A stretch of 64,000 nt of DNA from an uncultured Actinomycetota bacterium. Its GTDB lineage: Bacteria > Actinomycetota > Actinomycetes > Propionibacteriales > DAIQRJ01. Made by a program: the position numbers and the translations under genes. Positions 9,072 through 19,182 of this stretch are shown piece by piece (positions within the stretch are counted from its first letter, which is position 1; the number at the start of each line of letters is the position of its first letter). The stretch covers positions 12,815 through 76,814 of the forward strand of contig CAVRUZ010000003.1 in assembly GCA_963724495.1 (NCBI GenBank), in the 5' to 3' direction. The notes below the pieces were generated by a model that searched no databases, was not told the origin of the DNA, and saw nothing but the letters and a program-made list of their open reading frames with translations.

Positions 9072-10136
9072 ATGACTGGATGGCAGCCGCCGGCTGGCGG
9101 GGAGGGGCCGACCCAACCTCCAGGCGGCCAGGGTTCCGGCGGTCCACCGCCGCCGAGCACGTGGCCGCAGCCGACGGGACCGTACGGGCAGCAGCCCGGA
9201 CCCGCCTACGGACAACCCCAGTCCGCTCCGGACGACCGGCCGACGTTCATGCCGCCGGAGGGTCCTCCTGGTCAGTCCATGCAGTCGAGCGGCCCGCAGG
9301 TCTGCTACCGCCATCAGACGCGAGAGGCGCACATCCGCTGCCAGCGGTGTGAGCGGCCGATCTGCCCGGACTGCATGAACCCCGCGCCGGTCGGCTTCCA
9401 GTGCCCTGACTGCCTGCGCGAGGGTGTCGCCATCCAGCGTCAGGCGCGGACCGTTCTCGGCGGCACGCAGCGCACCGGCCCCCCGCTGGTCACCTACGGG
9501 CTGATTGCCGTCAACGTGGTCATGTTCCTGCTGCAACAGGTCCGACCCACGGTCACCGCCGCCCTGTTCCAGGTCACCGGCCCGGTGTACGACAACGGCA
9601 ACCTCATCGGGCTCGCGATGCACGAGTACTACCGGCTGCTGACCGCCGGCTTCATCCATGGCGGCCTGCTGCACATCGCCGTGAACATGTTCAGCCTCTT
9701 CTCGGTCGGGGTCCCGCTGGAGCGGGCGCTCGGACGGCTGCGGTTCGCCGCCCTGTACTTCGTGTCCCTGTTCGGTGCCAGCCTGTTCGTGCTGCTGTTC
9801 TCGGCCGAGGACGTCGCCGCCCTCGGTGCGTCCGGTGCCGTCTTCGGCATCTTCGGCGCGGTCGTGGTGCTCACCAAGAAGCTCGGCTACGACATCAAGT
9901 ACGCCCTCGGTGTCCTTGCGATCAACGTCGTGATCAACGTCGTCTACTCGAGCGCCCTGTCGTGGCAGGGCCACCTCGGCGGCCTGTTGACCGGGGCGCT
10001 TGCCGGCGTGGTGCTCGGCTGGGCACCTGGGCGTGGTGCCGTCAAGCGCCGCAACCAGTGGATCGGCATGGCAGTTCTCGCCGGGGTCGTGGTGCTGGGC
10101 CTGGTTCTGGCGCTCTCGCGGCTCACCGCGGCCTGA
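9072..10136 (+). CDS. Rhomboid intramembrane serine protease with N-terminal B-box-like zinc finger
   Basis: CYRH...CQRCERPICPDC...CPDC zinc finger, HIAVNM, GASG (catalytic Ser) and GHLGG (catalytic His). Confidence 0.93.
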   Translation: MTGWQPPAGGEGPTQPPGGQGSGGPPPPSTWPQPTGPYGQQPGPAYGQPQSAPDDRPTFMPPEGPPGQSMQSSGPQVCYRHQTREAHIRCQRCERPICPDCMNPAPVGFQCPDCLREGVAIQRQARTVLGGTQRTGPPLVTYGLIAVNVVMFLLQQVRPTVTAALFQVTGPVYDNGNLIGLAMHEYYRLLTAGFIHGGLLHIAVNMFSLFSVGVPLERALGRLRFAALYFVSLFGASLFVLLFSAEDVAALGASGAVFGIFGAVVVLTKKLGYDIKYALGVLAINVVINVVYSSALSWQGHLGGLLTGALAGVVLGWAPGRGAVKRRNQWIGMAVLAGVVVLGLVLALSRLTAA

Positions 10137-10279
10137 CCAGCCGAGGGTCCACCCCGCCCGATCGCCGGCCTCGAGCCGCGCGACGCATGCAACGGCGGCT
10201 ATCGTGACGCCCGGCATGTCCGGCTTTGGCGTCATCTGGGCGGTTGTTCTGCCTGGTTGGCGCACAGCGCGAGCCCCGG

Positions 10280-10326
10280 TTCTGCACAGCTGTGGAGTTC
10301 CCTGTGGAGAACTACACCGTTGTAAG
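10280..10326. promoter_or_regulatory. Cluster of degenerate DnaA-box-like 9-mers plus an imperfect palindrome
   Basis: TTCTGCACA (10280), TGTGGAGTT (10291), TGTGGAGAA (10303) and ACTACA-CCGT-TGTAAG (10311-10326) in a 360-bp intergenic gap. Confidence 0.35.
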
Positions 10327-10495
10327 AAACCTCTGCACCGGGCGGCCGACCACGCTTCCTGGGCAATTCTGGCCGCCAGATCGTCGTCAGCCCGGACGAA
10401 TGCCCGGATCCCGCGTCTGGTGGCCACTTCTGCCCGGTGGTTGTCGGCGCGCACACGTAGCCTCCGGCACCACTGTCGGACCGAAGAGAGACGTC

Positions 10496-10873
10496 ATGCC
10501 GGACAAGCCGTTCACGCTCGCCGCCGCTGTGCTCGGAGCACCCGACCCGCGCGCGCTCGCCGCGTTCTACCGCGACCTGCTGGGCTACACCACCAGCTCG
10601 GAGGACGACAACTGGGTGACGCTCGCCAACCCCGCCGGTGGTGCCGGGCTGTCGTTCCAGACCGAGGAGAACCACGTCCGACCGACCTGGCCGGCCGGGC
10701 CAGGTGACCCGCAGATGCAGTTCCACCTCGACATCGAGGTCGACAACCTCGACTCCGGAGTCGCGCGGGCCCTCGAACTGGGCGCGGAGCAGGCCACCTT
10801 CCAGCCGCAGGAGGACGTGCGGGTTCTGCTCGACCCAGCCGGGCACCCGTTCTGCCTGTTCGCGGAGGACTGA
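10496..10873 (+). CDS. VOC (glyoxalase-like) family protein
   Basis: PDPRALAAFYRDLLG, QMQFHLDIEV and LLDPAGHPFCL motifs. Confidence 0.9.
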   Translation: MPDKPFTLAAAVLGAPDPRALAAFYRDLLGYTTSSEDDNWVTLANPAGGAGLSFQTEENHVRPTWPAGPGDPQMQFHLDIEVDNLDSGVARALELGAEQATFQPQEDVRVLLDPAGHPFCLFAED

Positions 10874-10875
10874 GC

Positions 10876-11064
10876 GTGACGGGGCAACCGCACAGGCCAC
10901 TTCCCGACGGGATCGGGGCTCCGGCGACTAGGGCGCTCACAGAAGCCGGCTACCCGACGCTTGACGCCCTGGTCGGAGTCAGCGCCAAGCACCTCCTGGC
11001 CCTGCACGGAGTGGGCCCGAAGGCGATCCGGGTCCTACGGCAGGAGCTGGCCCGAATCCGGTGA
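10876..11064 (+). CDS. Small helix-hairpin-helix (RNAP alpha-CTD-like) DNA-binding protein
   Basis: GIGAPATRALTEAGY...LLALHGVGPKAIRVL motif. Confidence 0.75.
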   Translation: MTGQPHRPLPDGIGAPATRALTEAGYPTLDALVGVSAKHLLALHGVGPKAIRVLRQELARIR

Positions 11065-11082
11065 CGCTCTCGCGGACTGACG

Positions 11083-11367
11083 TCAGCGGCTCTCGCCCGG
11101 CGGGCGGTTGAGCTTGTCCATCAGTTCCTGCGACGAGCGCGCCGCGGTGCGCGACATCAGCTGGTTGACCAGTGCCTCGGCACTGCTCGCCTCGGCAACG
11201 CCCGTCTGGACCGGACTCGCGCCGAGGGCGGCGGCGATGGACATGAGTGCGTGCACCTGCGCCTCGGCGAGGATGTTGGCGCGCTCCTGCGGAGTGTCGG
11301 CGAACGACGCTCGGCCGATCAGCCGATCAGCCTGCTCGAAGTGGTACTTCTGCTTCTCTGCGTCCAT
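11083..11367 (-). CDS. Hypothetical 94-aa protein
   Basis: Host-like codon usage, GGAGGG RBS and no competing ORF. Confidence 0.65.
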   Translation of the reverse strand: MDAEKQKYHFEQADRLIGRASFADTPQERANILAEAQVHALMSIAAALGASPVQTGVAEASSAEALVNQLMSRTAARSSQELMDKLNRPPGESR

Positions 11368-11505
11368 CGGGGTTCCCTCCCGTGCCTGGCTCCTGGACCC
11401 ATTCTGACCGCCGCGTCCTCGCGACGTCCGATGGCGCTTTCTTCGACTGTCTAGGTCACCGGCTAGACAGCCGGAGACAGTCCGATCGAGCCTCGTTCCG
11501 GCTGG

Positions 11506-12504
11506 TCAGAACTCGACCAGGACCTTGCTGGCCGCAAGCTCACCACGCGCGAGTGCGGCGAAGGCGGCTGGTGCCTCCTCGACTGCCACCCGGCCCTCGA
11601 TCAGCCGGCCGTAACGAGTGGGGTCCGCCTCGACAGACGCCGCCGCCGCGACGAGATCGTCGTGGGCATAGCAGAAGCTGCCGATGACCGACCGCTCGTC
11701 GACCGACACCAGGTACGCCGGAACCGTGAGCTGCGGTTCGTGCATGCCCACGAGGACGACACAGCCACCTGGGCGACAGGCCGCGAGGGCGGCACCGATC
11801 GACCCGGAACTCCCCACGGCGTCGATGACCACGTCGGCGCTGGAGTCCGCCGGAGCGGAGGAGCCGCCCGGATCGATGGCTGTCAGGTCGAGCGCGGCCA
11901 ACAGGTCGCGCCGAGAGGGAGTCGGCTCGCTCACCGCGACGCTGCCGGCGGCAGAGGTCGCGGCCGCGAGCGCCACCGCCTGACCGATCGGACCGCCACC
12001 CACGACCAGCACGTCCATGCCGTCCAGGACCCCGGCGCGACCAAGAGCGTGCCGGCCGACGGCCAGCGGCTCGACCAGCGCGCCCAGCTCCGGCGGGATC
12101 GACGGCGACAGCGGCACCAGGTTCGCGACCGGCGCAACCACCAGGTCGGCGAAGGCCGCGGAGATGTCGGGAGTCACGCCGATGATCCGGCGTTGCGGGC
12201 ACCGGTAGCTCACGCCCGCTGTGCACGTGGGGCACGAACCGCAGGAGAGCACCGGGTTGAACGTGACCACGTCCCCCTGCGGCGCCGGCGTGTCCGGCCC
12301 GACGTCCACCACCTTGCCCACGGTCTCGTGACCCATGACCATGCCGGGAAAGCGTCGGCCGTTCTCACCGGTGAAGCCGTGCAGGTCAGAGCCGCAGATA
12401 CCGGTCGCGATGACGCGCACCAGGGCCTCACCTGGGCCCGGAACAGGGTCCGGGCGGTCCTCGACGGTGAGCTTCCACGGACCGCCGTAGACGAGTGCGC
12501 GCAT
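11506..12504 (-). CDS. Zn-dependent medium-chain (sorbitol/threonine-type) dehydrogenase
   Basis: [18 protein letters not shown]...C structural Zn site, LVEPLAV and GGGPIG. ATG at 12504. The ORF track fuses it to crgA by artefact. Confidence 0.9.
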   Translation of the reverse strand: MRALVYGGPWKLTVEDRPDPVPGPGEALVRVIATGICGSDLHGFTGENGRRFPGMVMGHETVGKVVDVGPDTPAPQGDVVTFNPVLSCGSCPTCTAGVSYRCPQRRIIGVTPDISAAFADLVVAPVANLVPLSPSIPPELGALVEPLAVGRHALGRAGVLDGMDVLVVGGGPIGQAVALAAATSAAGSVAVSEPTPSRRDLLAALDLTAIDPGGSSAPADSSADVVIDAVGSSGSIGAALAACRPGGCVVLVGMHEPQLTVPAYLVSVDERSVIGSFCYAHDDLVAAAASVEADPTRYGRLIEGRVAVEEAPAAFAALARGELAASKVLVEF

Positions 12505-12506
12505 GC

Positions 12507-12762
12507 CTATCGCCAGCGGGTCGCGAAGGCGAAGCCGACCCCGAACATGCCGATGCCGATGACGATGTTCCAGTTCCCGAGCTGGGTCAGTCAACCCGAT
12601 GCGGTCGCCGGCCAGGTAGTACACGACGATCCAGGCCAGCCCGATCACGAAGAAGGCCACCATCACCGGCGCGACCCAGGGCGACGACATCGTCTGACCG
12701 GAGCTGTTCTTCCGCACCGGCGGCGTGAAGTCGGCTTTCTTTCTGGACCGGGACTCGGGCAT
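12507..12762 (-). CDS. crgA: Cell division protein CrgA (1-nt frameshift near 12590, likely assembly error)
   Basis: MPESRSRKK...[23 protein letters not shown], then in a shifted frame [24 protein letters not shown]. Conserved synteny. Confidence 0.9.
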
Positions 12763-12875
12763 GGGAGCTAGCCTAACGGCGGCGGCGTGCCCGCTCCGGT
12801 ACGCGAAGTCCAGATCCCGCCCGCTGACGGTCCGCGGACGGACGCACTCCGGAAGGGCTCGGGAGGGGGACGGCC

Positions 12876-13671
12876 GTGGTGATCGGTCCGCTGCGTCAAC
12901 GGCTCCGCGGGATGCTCCCCGCTGGAGCCGGCCGCTCCCGCAACGCCAACCGCGAGGTCAAGCAGCGGCGGGCCACCCATCTGGTGGCCGCACTCGCCGC
13001 GGCGCTCATCGGATTCCTCATCGTGACCAGCTACCTCACCGCGCGCTCCAACGGCCAGATCGGGCCCGAGCGGGAGAACGATCTCAGGGGACTCGTCCAG
13101 GAACAGGCCGATCGCAACAGAGACCTGCAGCAGCGGCAGGCCCAGCTGCAGGGAGAGGTCAACGCGCTGTCGAACACGGCAGGAAACGCCGAGACCAAGG
13201 CGCTGCAGAAGCGCGCGGGCGAACTGGGCAGCCTGGTCGGGCTCACCCCGCTGAGCGGGCCGGGACTGCGGGTCGTGCTCGACGACGCGCCGCGGGCGGT
13301 GCATCCCGACGGCGTGGACGTCGACGCCCTCGTCGTCCATCAGCAGGACATCCAGGCTGTGGTGAACGCACTTCTGGGCCGGCGGTGCCAGCGGCGTTTC
13401 GATCCAGGGTCAGCGGCTGATCTCCACCTCCGCCGTCCGATGCGTCGGCAACTCGGTGGTGATCGAGGGCGTCCCGTATCCGCCCCCGTACGTGATCGAG
13501 GCCGTCGGCGACCAGGAGGCACTGGAGCAGGCGTTGCTGGAGTCACCGGCCATCACGATCTACCAGCAGTACGTGCAGGCCTACAAGCTCGGCTACTCGG
13601 TTGCCCGGGACCAGATCTCGCTCCCGGGCTACACCGGGCCGATCGCGCTGAACTACGCGAGCCAGGACTGA
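12876..13671 (+). CDS. DUF881 family protein (frameshift near 13372)
   Basis: [12 protein letters not shown]...[15 protein letters not shown], continuing in a shifted frame as WAGGA...[14 protein letters not shown]...[10 protein letters not shown]. Confidence 0.9.
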
Positions 13672-13680
13672 GCCTGCCGG

Positions 13681-14340
13681 TCAGTGCACGCGGGCCGGAA
13701 CGACCGGCGCGAGGCCGTCGGCGCGGGAAACGGCGTCCGGGTCGCCGCACACCCCCAGCCAGTTGGCCAGCATGAGGTGACCGCCCTGCGTGAGCACCGA
13801 CTCCGGATGGAACTGCACCGACTCCACCGGCAGCGTGGCGTGCCGGATGCCCATGATCACGCCGGCCTCGGCCTCTTCTGTGGGAGCCGTGCGAGCGTGT
13901 ACCACGAAGGCGGACGGCAGCGTCTCGGGCCGGATCGCGAGTGAGTGGTAGCGCGTCGCGGTGATCGGGCTGTGGAGGCCGGCGAAGACCCCGGTGCCGT
14001 CGTGTTCCACCAGGCTGGTCTTCCCGTGCAGCAGTTCCGGCGCCCGGTCGACGGTCCCGCCGAACGCGACGCCCATGGCCTGCAGCCCCAGACAGACCCC
14101 GAACAGGGGAACCTTGCCCGCCAGGCTCTGCACCAGCTCCACGCAGACGCCCGCGCGCTCCGGGGTACCCGGGCCGGGGGAGATCAGGATGCCGTCGAAG
14201 CCGCTCGCCTCCTCGACGGTCACCGCGTTGTTGCGGCGGACGACCACTTCGGCACCCAGCTGCTGCAGGTACTGCACGAGGTTGTAGACGAAGCTGTCGA
14301 AGTTGTCGACGACGAGGATCCGGGCAGGCACGCGAGCCAC
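13681..14340 (-). CDS. pabA: Aminodeoxychorismate/anthranilate synthase component II (glutamine amidotransferase)
   Basis: ILVVDNFDSFVYNL, ISPGPG, GVCLG, RYHSL and VQFHPES motifs. Confidence 0.93.
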   Translation of the reverse strand: MARVPARILVVDNFDSFVYNLVQYLQQLGAEVVVRRNNAVTVEEASGFDGILISPGPGTPERAGVCVELVQSLAGKVPLFGVCLGLQAMGVAFGGTVDRAPELLHGKTSLVEHDGTGVFAGLHSPITATRYHSLAIRPETLPSAFVVHARTAPTEEAEAGVIMGIRHATLPVESVQFHPESVLTQGGHLMLANWLGVCGDPDAVSRADGLAPVVPARVH

Positions 14341-16237
14341 TATCTCGCGCGCAGACCCGCGCCGGGCCCGCCCTCGTTGTCCTGGTCGCCGTTGCCGGGG
14401 CCGTCTTCTTCGACTTCGGGCGGCGTGGCCGTAGGCGTCGGAGTCGCTTCCGGTGTGGGTGTCGGCGACGGCTCCGGCATGGGCGTCGCCACCACGATCA
14501 CCACCTTCGAGCCCGACGGCACTCGCGTGTACTTCCCCGGCTCCTGGCTGATGACCGTGCCGGTCTCCTCCTCGCTGGCCTGCTCGATCACGTCGGGATC
14601 GAGGTTGAGCGCCTTCAGTTTGGCTTCGGCGGCAGTGCGATCGAGCCCCACGACCTCTGGGACGGTGACGTCTCCGGTGGCGTAGTACAGCCGGACCGAG
14701 CTGCCCTTGTCGACGGTGGCTCCCTCACGCGGGTCCACCCGGACGACCCTGTTCAGGGCACCGTCGGCGTCCTCGTCAACGGTCCGCGTGACCTTGAGCC
14801 CGAGGTCGGCCAGCAGGCCGTCGGCGTCGTTGATGTCCTTGCCGATGACCACCGGAATCGTCACCTGGTCCTTGCCGTCGGACACGGTGACGCGCACGTT
14901 TGCATCCGCCGGATCGACCAGGGTCTCGGGCTCCGGGTCCTGGGAGATGACCCTGCCCTTCGGGACGGTCTGGGACTTCTCCTGGTCGATCGTGAACTTG
15001 AGGCCGGCCGAGCTCAGCACGTTCTCCGCCTGCTTCTGCTCCAGCCCGACCACGCTTGGAACGGCCTGCTGGTTCACCCCGGCGCGGCTGTTGAAGTAGT
15101 GCTGGAGTCCCCAGGCACCCAGGATGAAGATCGCGAGTATCCCGAGGACCAGCGCGGTCACGCCGGCTGCCCGCCGGCCGCGATGTGACGGCTCTTCCTG
15201 CTCGGGCATGAACGGGTTCTCGCCCGGCTCGGCGAACCCGGGGATCACGCCGGTGGCTGCGGCGGCCCTCTCCGCAGCCGGGTCGCTGAAGACGACCGGT
15301 GGAGAGATGGCGGTGACGGCTTCGCCGGCCATCGCTCGGTCGACGTCGGCGCGGAACTCGTCGGCGGTCTGGTACCTGTCGGCGGGGTCCTTCGCGAGCC
15401 CGCGCAGGACGACCGTGTCGATGTTCGCCGGCAGGTCGCGCTTGCGGGTGGACGGCGGGTCGGGTGCCTCGCGAACGTGCTGGTACGCCACCGACACGGG
15501 AGAGTCGCCGACGAACGGCGGCCTGCCGGTGAGCAGCTCGTAGAGCAGGCAGCTGGTGGAGTACAGGTCGCTGCGGGCGTCGACCTTCTCGCCGCGTGCC
15601 TGCTCGGGCGACAGGTACTGCGCGGTGCCCATCACCGCGGCGGTCGCCGTCATCGTGGCGTGGGTGTCGGCGATGGCCCGCGCGATGCCGAAGTCCATGA
15701 CCTTGACATCGCCGGAAGGGGTCAGCATCACGTTGCCCGGCTTGATGTCGCGGTGCACGATCCCGGCGGCGTGGCTGTACGACAGTGCGCGCAGCACATC
15801 GGAGGTGATCTCCAGCGCTCGCTCGGGAAGGATCGCGCGTCCCTCCCGCAGGACGTCGCGCAGCGTCCGGCCGGGCACGAACTCCATCACGATGTAGGGG
15901 ACGAGTTCGCTGCCCCACTGCTCCTCGCCGGTGTCGTAGACGGCGACGATCGACGGATCGTTCAGCCTGGCGGCGTTCTGCGCCTCCCGGCGGAAGCGGC
16001 TGTGCAGGGTGGGGTCGGAGGCAAGGTCCGCGCGCAGCGTCTTGATCGCCACCGTGCGGTTCAGCCGGGTGTCGTAGCCCCGGCGGACGTCGGCCATACC
16101 GCCACGGCCCAGCAGCTCACCGACCTCGTAGCGACCACCGAGGAGCCGTGGTCGGCTACCCGCGTTGCCGGCCTGGTTCCCTGGGTGGGCGTGGAATCCG
16201 GGCCAATCGGCCCCGTAGGCGGGGTGGTTCCGGTCAC
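14340..16237 (-). CDS. pknB: PASTA-domain Ser/Thr protein kinase PknB (N-terminal frameshift near 16180)
   Basis: LLGGRYEVGELLGRGGMA, VAIK, HRDIKPGN, DFG and GTAQYLSPE motifs, one TM and three PASTA repeats. Likely GTG start 16237 overlaps the pbpA stop. Confidence 0.93.
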
Positions 16238-17694
16238 TTGATCACCGCCTGCATGATCTCTTTCGCCACTGGTGCAGCAACGCGGCCGCCGTAGACGTCC
16301 TGGGCTGGGATGTTCGCGTCCTCGATGACGACCGCCACGGCGACCTGTGGGTTGTCCGCCGGTGCGAAGGAGGTGAACCAGGCATAGGGAGCCCGGCCCT
16401 CGGCCGACTGTGCGGTACCGCTCTTCCCGGCGACACGGACGCCTGGGATCTGCGCTGCACTCCCCGTCCCGCCGCTGCCGGTGACCACGGCTTCCATCAT
16501 CTGCGTCAGCTGTGAGGCGACGTCGGCAGAGACCGCACGGGAGTACACCTGCGGTCGGGTGATCTCGATCGGCCGTAGATCGGGACCGCGCACGACTGCA
16601 GAGAGGTAGGGCTTCATAACCTCGCCCCCATTGGCGATTCCCGCGCTGACCATCGCGACCTCCAACGGCGTGGCTGCGACGTCGTACTGGCCGATCGCGC
16701 TGAGCGCCTGCTGTGGCTGGTCGAGCTTGTCGGGAAAGACACTCGAGACGTTGCGGACCTCGTCGGTCAACGGTGCGGAGCCGAAGCCGAACTTCTGCGC
16801 CTGCTCGCGCAGTGCCTGGTCGCCGATGTCCATGCCCAGCTGCGCGAACGTCGTGTTGCACGAGACCTTCATCGCATTCAGCAAGGACAGCTGGTTGTTC
16901 ACCGCACCGCAGGTCTCGCCTCCGTCGTTCTCGATCGAGTGCGTGGTCTGGGGGAGATCGAGGACGCGCGGACTCGCCAGCATCGTGTTGACCTGGTACT
17001 TGCCCGACGACAGCGCCGCTGCCGCAGTGACCAGCTTGAAGGTCGAACCAGGTGGATAGCGTGCCTGGGTGGCGCGATTGAGCATCGGCTGGTCTTTGTC
17101 CGCGTCGAGTTCACGCTTGGCTTCCAGCTGCTTGCTGACGCTGTGTGCCGCCAGCAGGTTGGGGTCATAGCTGGGGGTGGAGACGAGCGCGAGGATCTTT
17201 CCCGTCTTCGGCTCGATCGCGACCGCCGCCCCGGTCTTGTCGCCCATCGCGTCGGTGGCCGCTTTCTGCGCCGCGGGATCGATGGTCAACAGCACCGAGC
17301 CGCCGGCCGGCTGTTCGCCCGTGATCAGGTCGACGAGTCGACGCACGAACAGCCGGTCGTCGTTGCCCGAGAGAATGCCGTCCTGGGTGCGCTCGATGGC
17401 CTCGCTGCCGAACACCGAGGAGTAGTAGCCGGTGACGTGTGCGTAGAGCTTCCCGTCGGCGTACTTGCGCTGGTACTTGAGCGCGTCCTTGGTGGCCACC
17501 GACTCGGCGACCGGCTCGCCGCCGACGAGGATCGGCCCGCGTTCACGGCTGTACGCGTCGAGCTGCGTGCGCTGGTTGTCCGCGCGCCTGTTCAGCTCGG
17601 TCGCATTCAGGACCTGGACGTACTGCACGTTCAACAGCATGGCCAAGAACATGATCCCGAAGGCGATCACGACCCGGCGGATCGGCTTGTTCAT
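16234..17694 (-). CDS. pbpA: Class B penicillin-binding protein PbpA
   Basis: STFK (SxxK), SCN (SxN) and KSG motifs, N-terminal TM and synteny. Confidence 0.95.
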   Translation of the reverse strand: MNKPIRRVVIAFGIMFLAMLLNVQYVQVLNATELNRRADNQRTQLDAYSRERGPILVGGEPVAESVATKDALKYQRKYADGKLYAHVTGYYSSVFGSEAIERTQDGILSGNDDRLFVRRLVDLITGEQPAGGSVLLTIDPAAQKAATDAMGDKTGAAVAIEPKTGKILALVSTPSYDPNLLAAHSVSKQLEAKRELDADKDQPMLNRATQARYPPGSTFKLVTAAAALSSGKYQVNTMLASPRVLDLPQTTHSIENDGGETCGAVNNQLSLLNAMKVSCNTTFAQLGMDIGDQALREQAQKFGFGSAPLTDEVRNVSSVFPDKLDQPQQALSAIGQYDVAATPLEVAMVSAGIANGGEVMKPYLSAVVRGPDLRPIEITRPQVYSRAVSADVASQLTQMMEAVVTGSGGTGSAAQIPGVRVAGKSGTAQSAEGRAPYAWFTSFAPADNPQVAVAVVIEDANIPAQDVYGGRVAAPVAKEIMQAVIK

Positions 17695-19182
17695 GTCACC
17701 TCCGGCTGCTCGTCGGTGGTGAAGCCACGGCTGGCGTACTCACGCGGGAGCCGGCGCGCCGGGTCGGACGCGTCCTCGGCGGTGCCCGGCGGGAGGTCGA
17801 GCGGCACAGGGCGCGGGTCTTCGCGCCTGGTCGGACAGTCTGAGCAGCACGGCGATCAGTGCCCAGTTCGCTATGAGTGAGGAACCCCCGTAGGACATGA
17901 ACGGTGTGGTGAGGCCGGTCTCGGGGATGAGCTTGGTCGCCCCTCCGACGACCACGAAGACCTGGAAGGCGAGGACGCTGCCGAAGCCGACCGCGAGCAG
18001 CTTCCCGAACGGGTCGGCACAGATCACGGACGTGCGCAGGCACCGCTCCACGAGGATCGCGTACAAGATGATGATCGCGACCAGTCCGGTGACCCCGAGT
18101 TCCTCGCCCACCACCGAGGGCATGAAGTCGCTCTCGGCCAGGGGAACCATGGTCGGACGGCCCTGGCCCAGCCCCTGGCCGAGGATGCCGCCGTAGGCAA
18201 GCCCGTAGAGGGACTGGATGATCTGGTAGCTCGACTCCGGGTTGCCGAAGGGGTCGAGCCATGCGTTGAACCGGACGCGGACGTGGCCGAACGCGGAGTA
18301 GCCGAAGAGCGCCCCGGCGACGAACAACAGGGTGCCGAGAACGAGCCAGCCGGGCCGTTCCGTCGCGACGTACAGCAGCACGACGAAAGTGCCGAAGAAC
18401 AGCAGTGACGTACCGAGGTCCTGCTGGAAGACCAGGATCGCCAGGCTGATCAGCCAGCCGAGGAGGAGGGGCCCGAGGTCACGCGCCCGGGGCAGGTCGA
18501 TGCCGATGATCCGCCGCCCCGCAAGGGCGAGGGCGTCCCGCTTCACCACCAGGTACCCGGCGAAGAAGATGATCAGCAGGAGCTTGGCGATCTCGCCCGG
18601 CTGGAAGTTCAGCGGCCCGAGGCGGATCCAGATGCGGGCTCCGAACACCTCGCGGCCGAGGCCGGGGACGAGGGGCAGCAGCAACAGCAGCACACCCGCG
18701 AGACCCGACGTGTAGGTGACCCGCTGCAGCAGTCGATGGTCACGCAGCAACAGGATCACCAGCACGAACAGGACAATCCCGAGCGCCGTCCACGTGAGCT
18801 GCCGCGTCGCCTGGTCGAAGATCGACTGCGAGCCGCGTGCCTGGGCACTGATCGAGCGGGTCAGGTCGAGACGATGGATCAGCGCCAGGCCGAGCCCGTT
18901 GAGCAGCACGGCGATCGGCAGCACCACGGGGTCGGCATAGGGCGCCCGCCACCGCACGATGCCATGCGCCACCAGCACCAGCAGCGTGAATCCCACGCCG
19001 TAGCTGACGATTCCCGAGTCCCAGCCGTTGAGCAGCGTGCGCTCGACGATGGCGTAGGCACCGATGCCGATCGCCAGGGCGACGAGCAGCAGGCCCAGCT
19101 CGGCGCCGCGGCGCTTGCGGAACTGGACCACCTCGACGCCGTCGCGCGCCGCTGCAGCAGTAAGGGAGCCGATGTTGCTCAC
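17691..19182 (-). CDS. rodA: SEDS family protein RodA (frameshift near 17810 in C-terminal tail)
   Basis: FQPGEIAK, QDLG, SDF...GEELG and TGLTTPFMSYGGSS motifs. The repaired tail ends ...QPEVT* in an ATGA overlap with pbpA. Confidence 0.93.

Noticed and set aside
11506-12762. Apparent CrgA-dehydrogenase fusion (418 aa)
   Set aside because: The true CrgA C-terminus and TAG stop are present in another frame, so a single-base error creates the fusion.
14340-17694. Absence of pknA between pbpA and pknB
   Set aside because: A single kinase in this cluster is normal outside Mycobacteriales-type arrangements, for example in Streptomyces.
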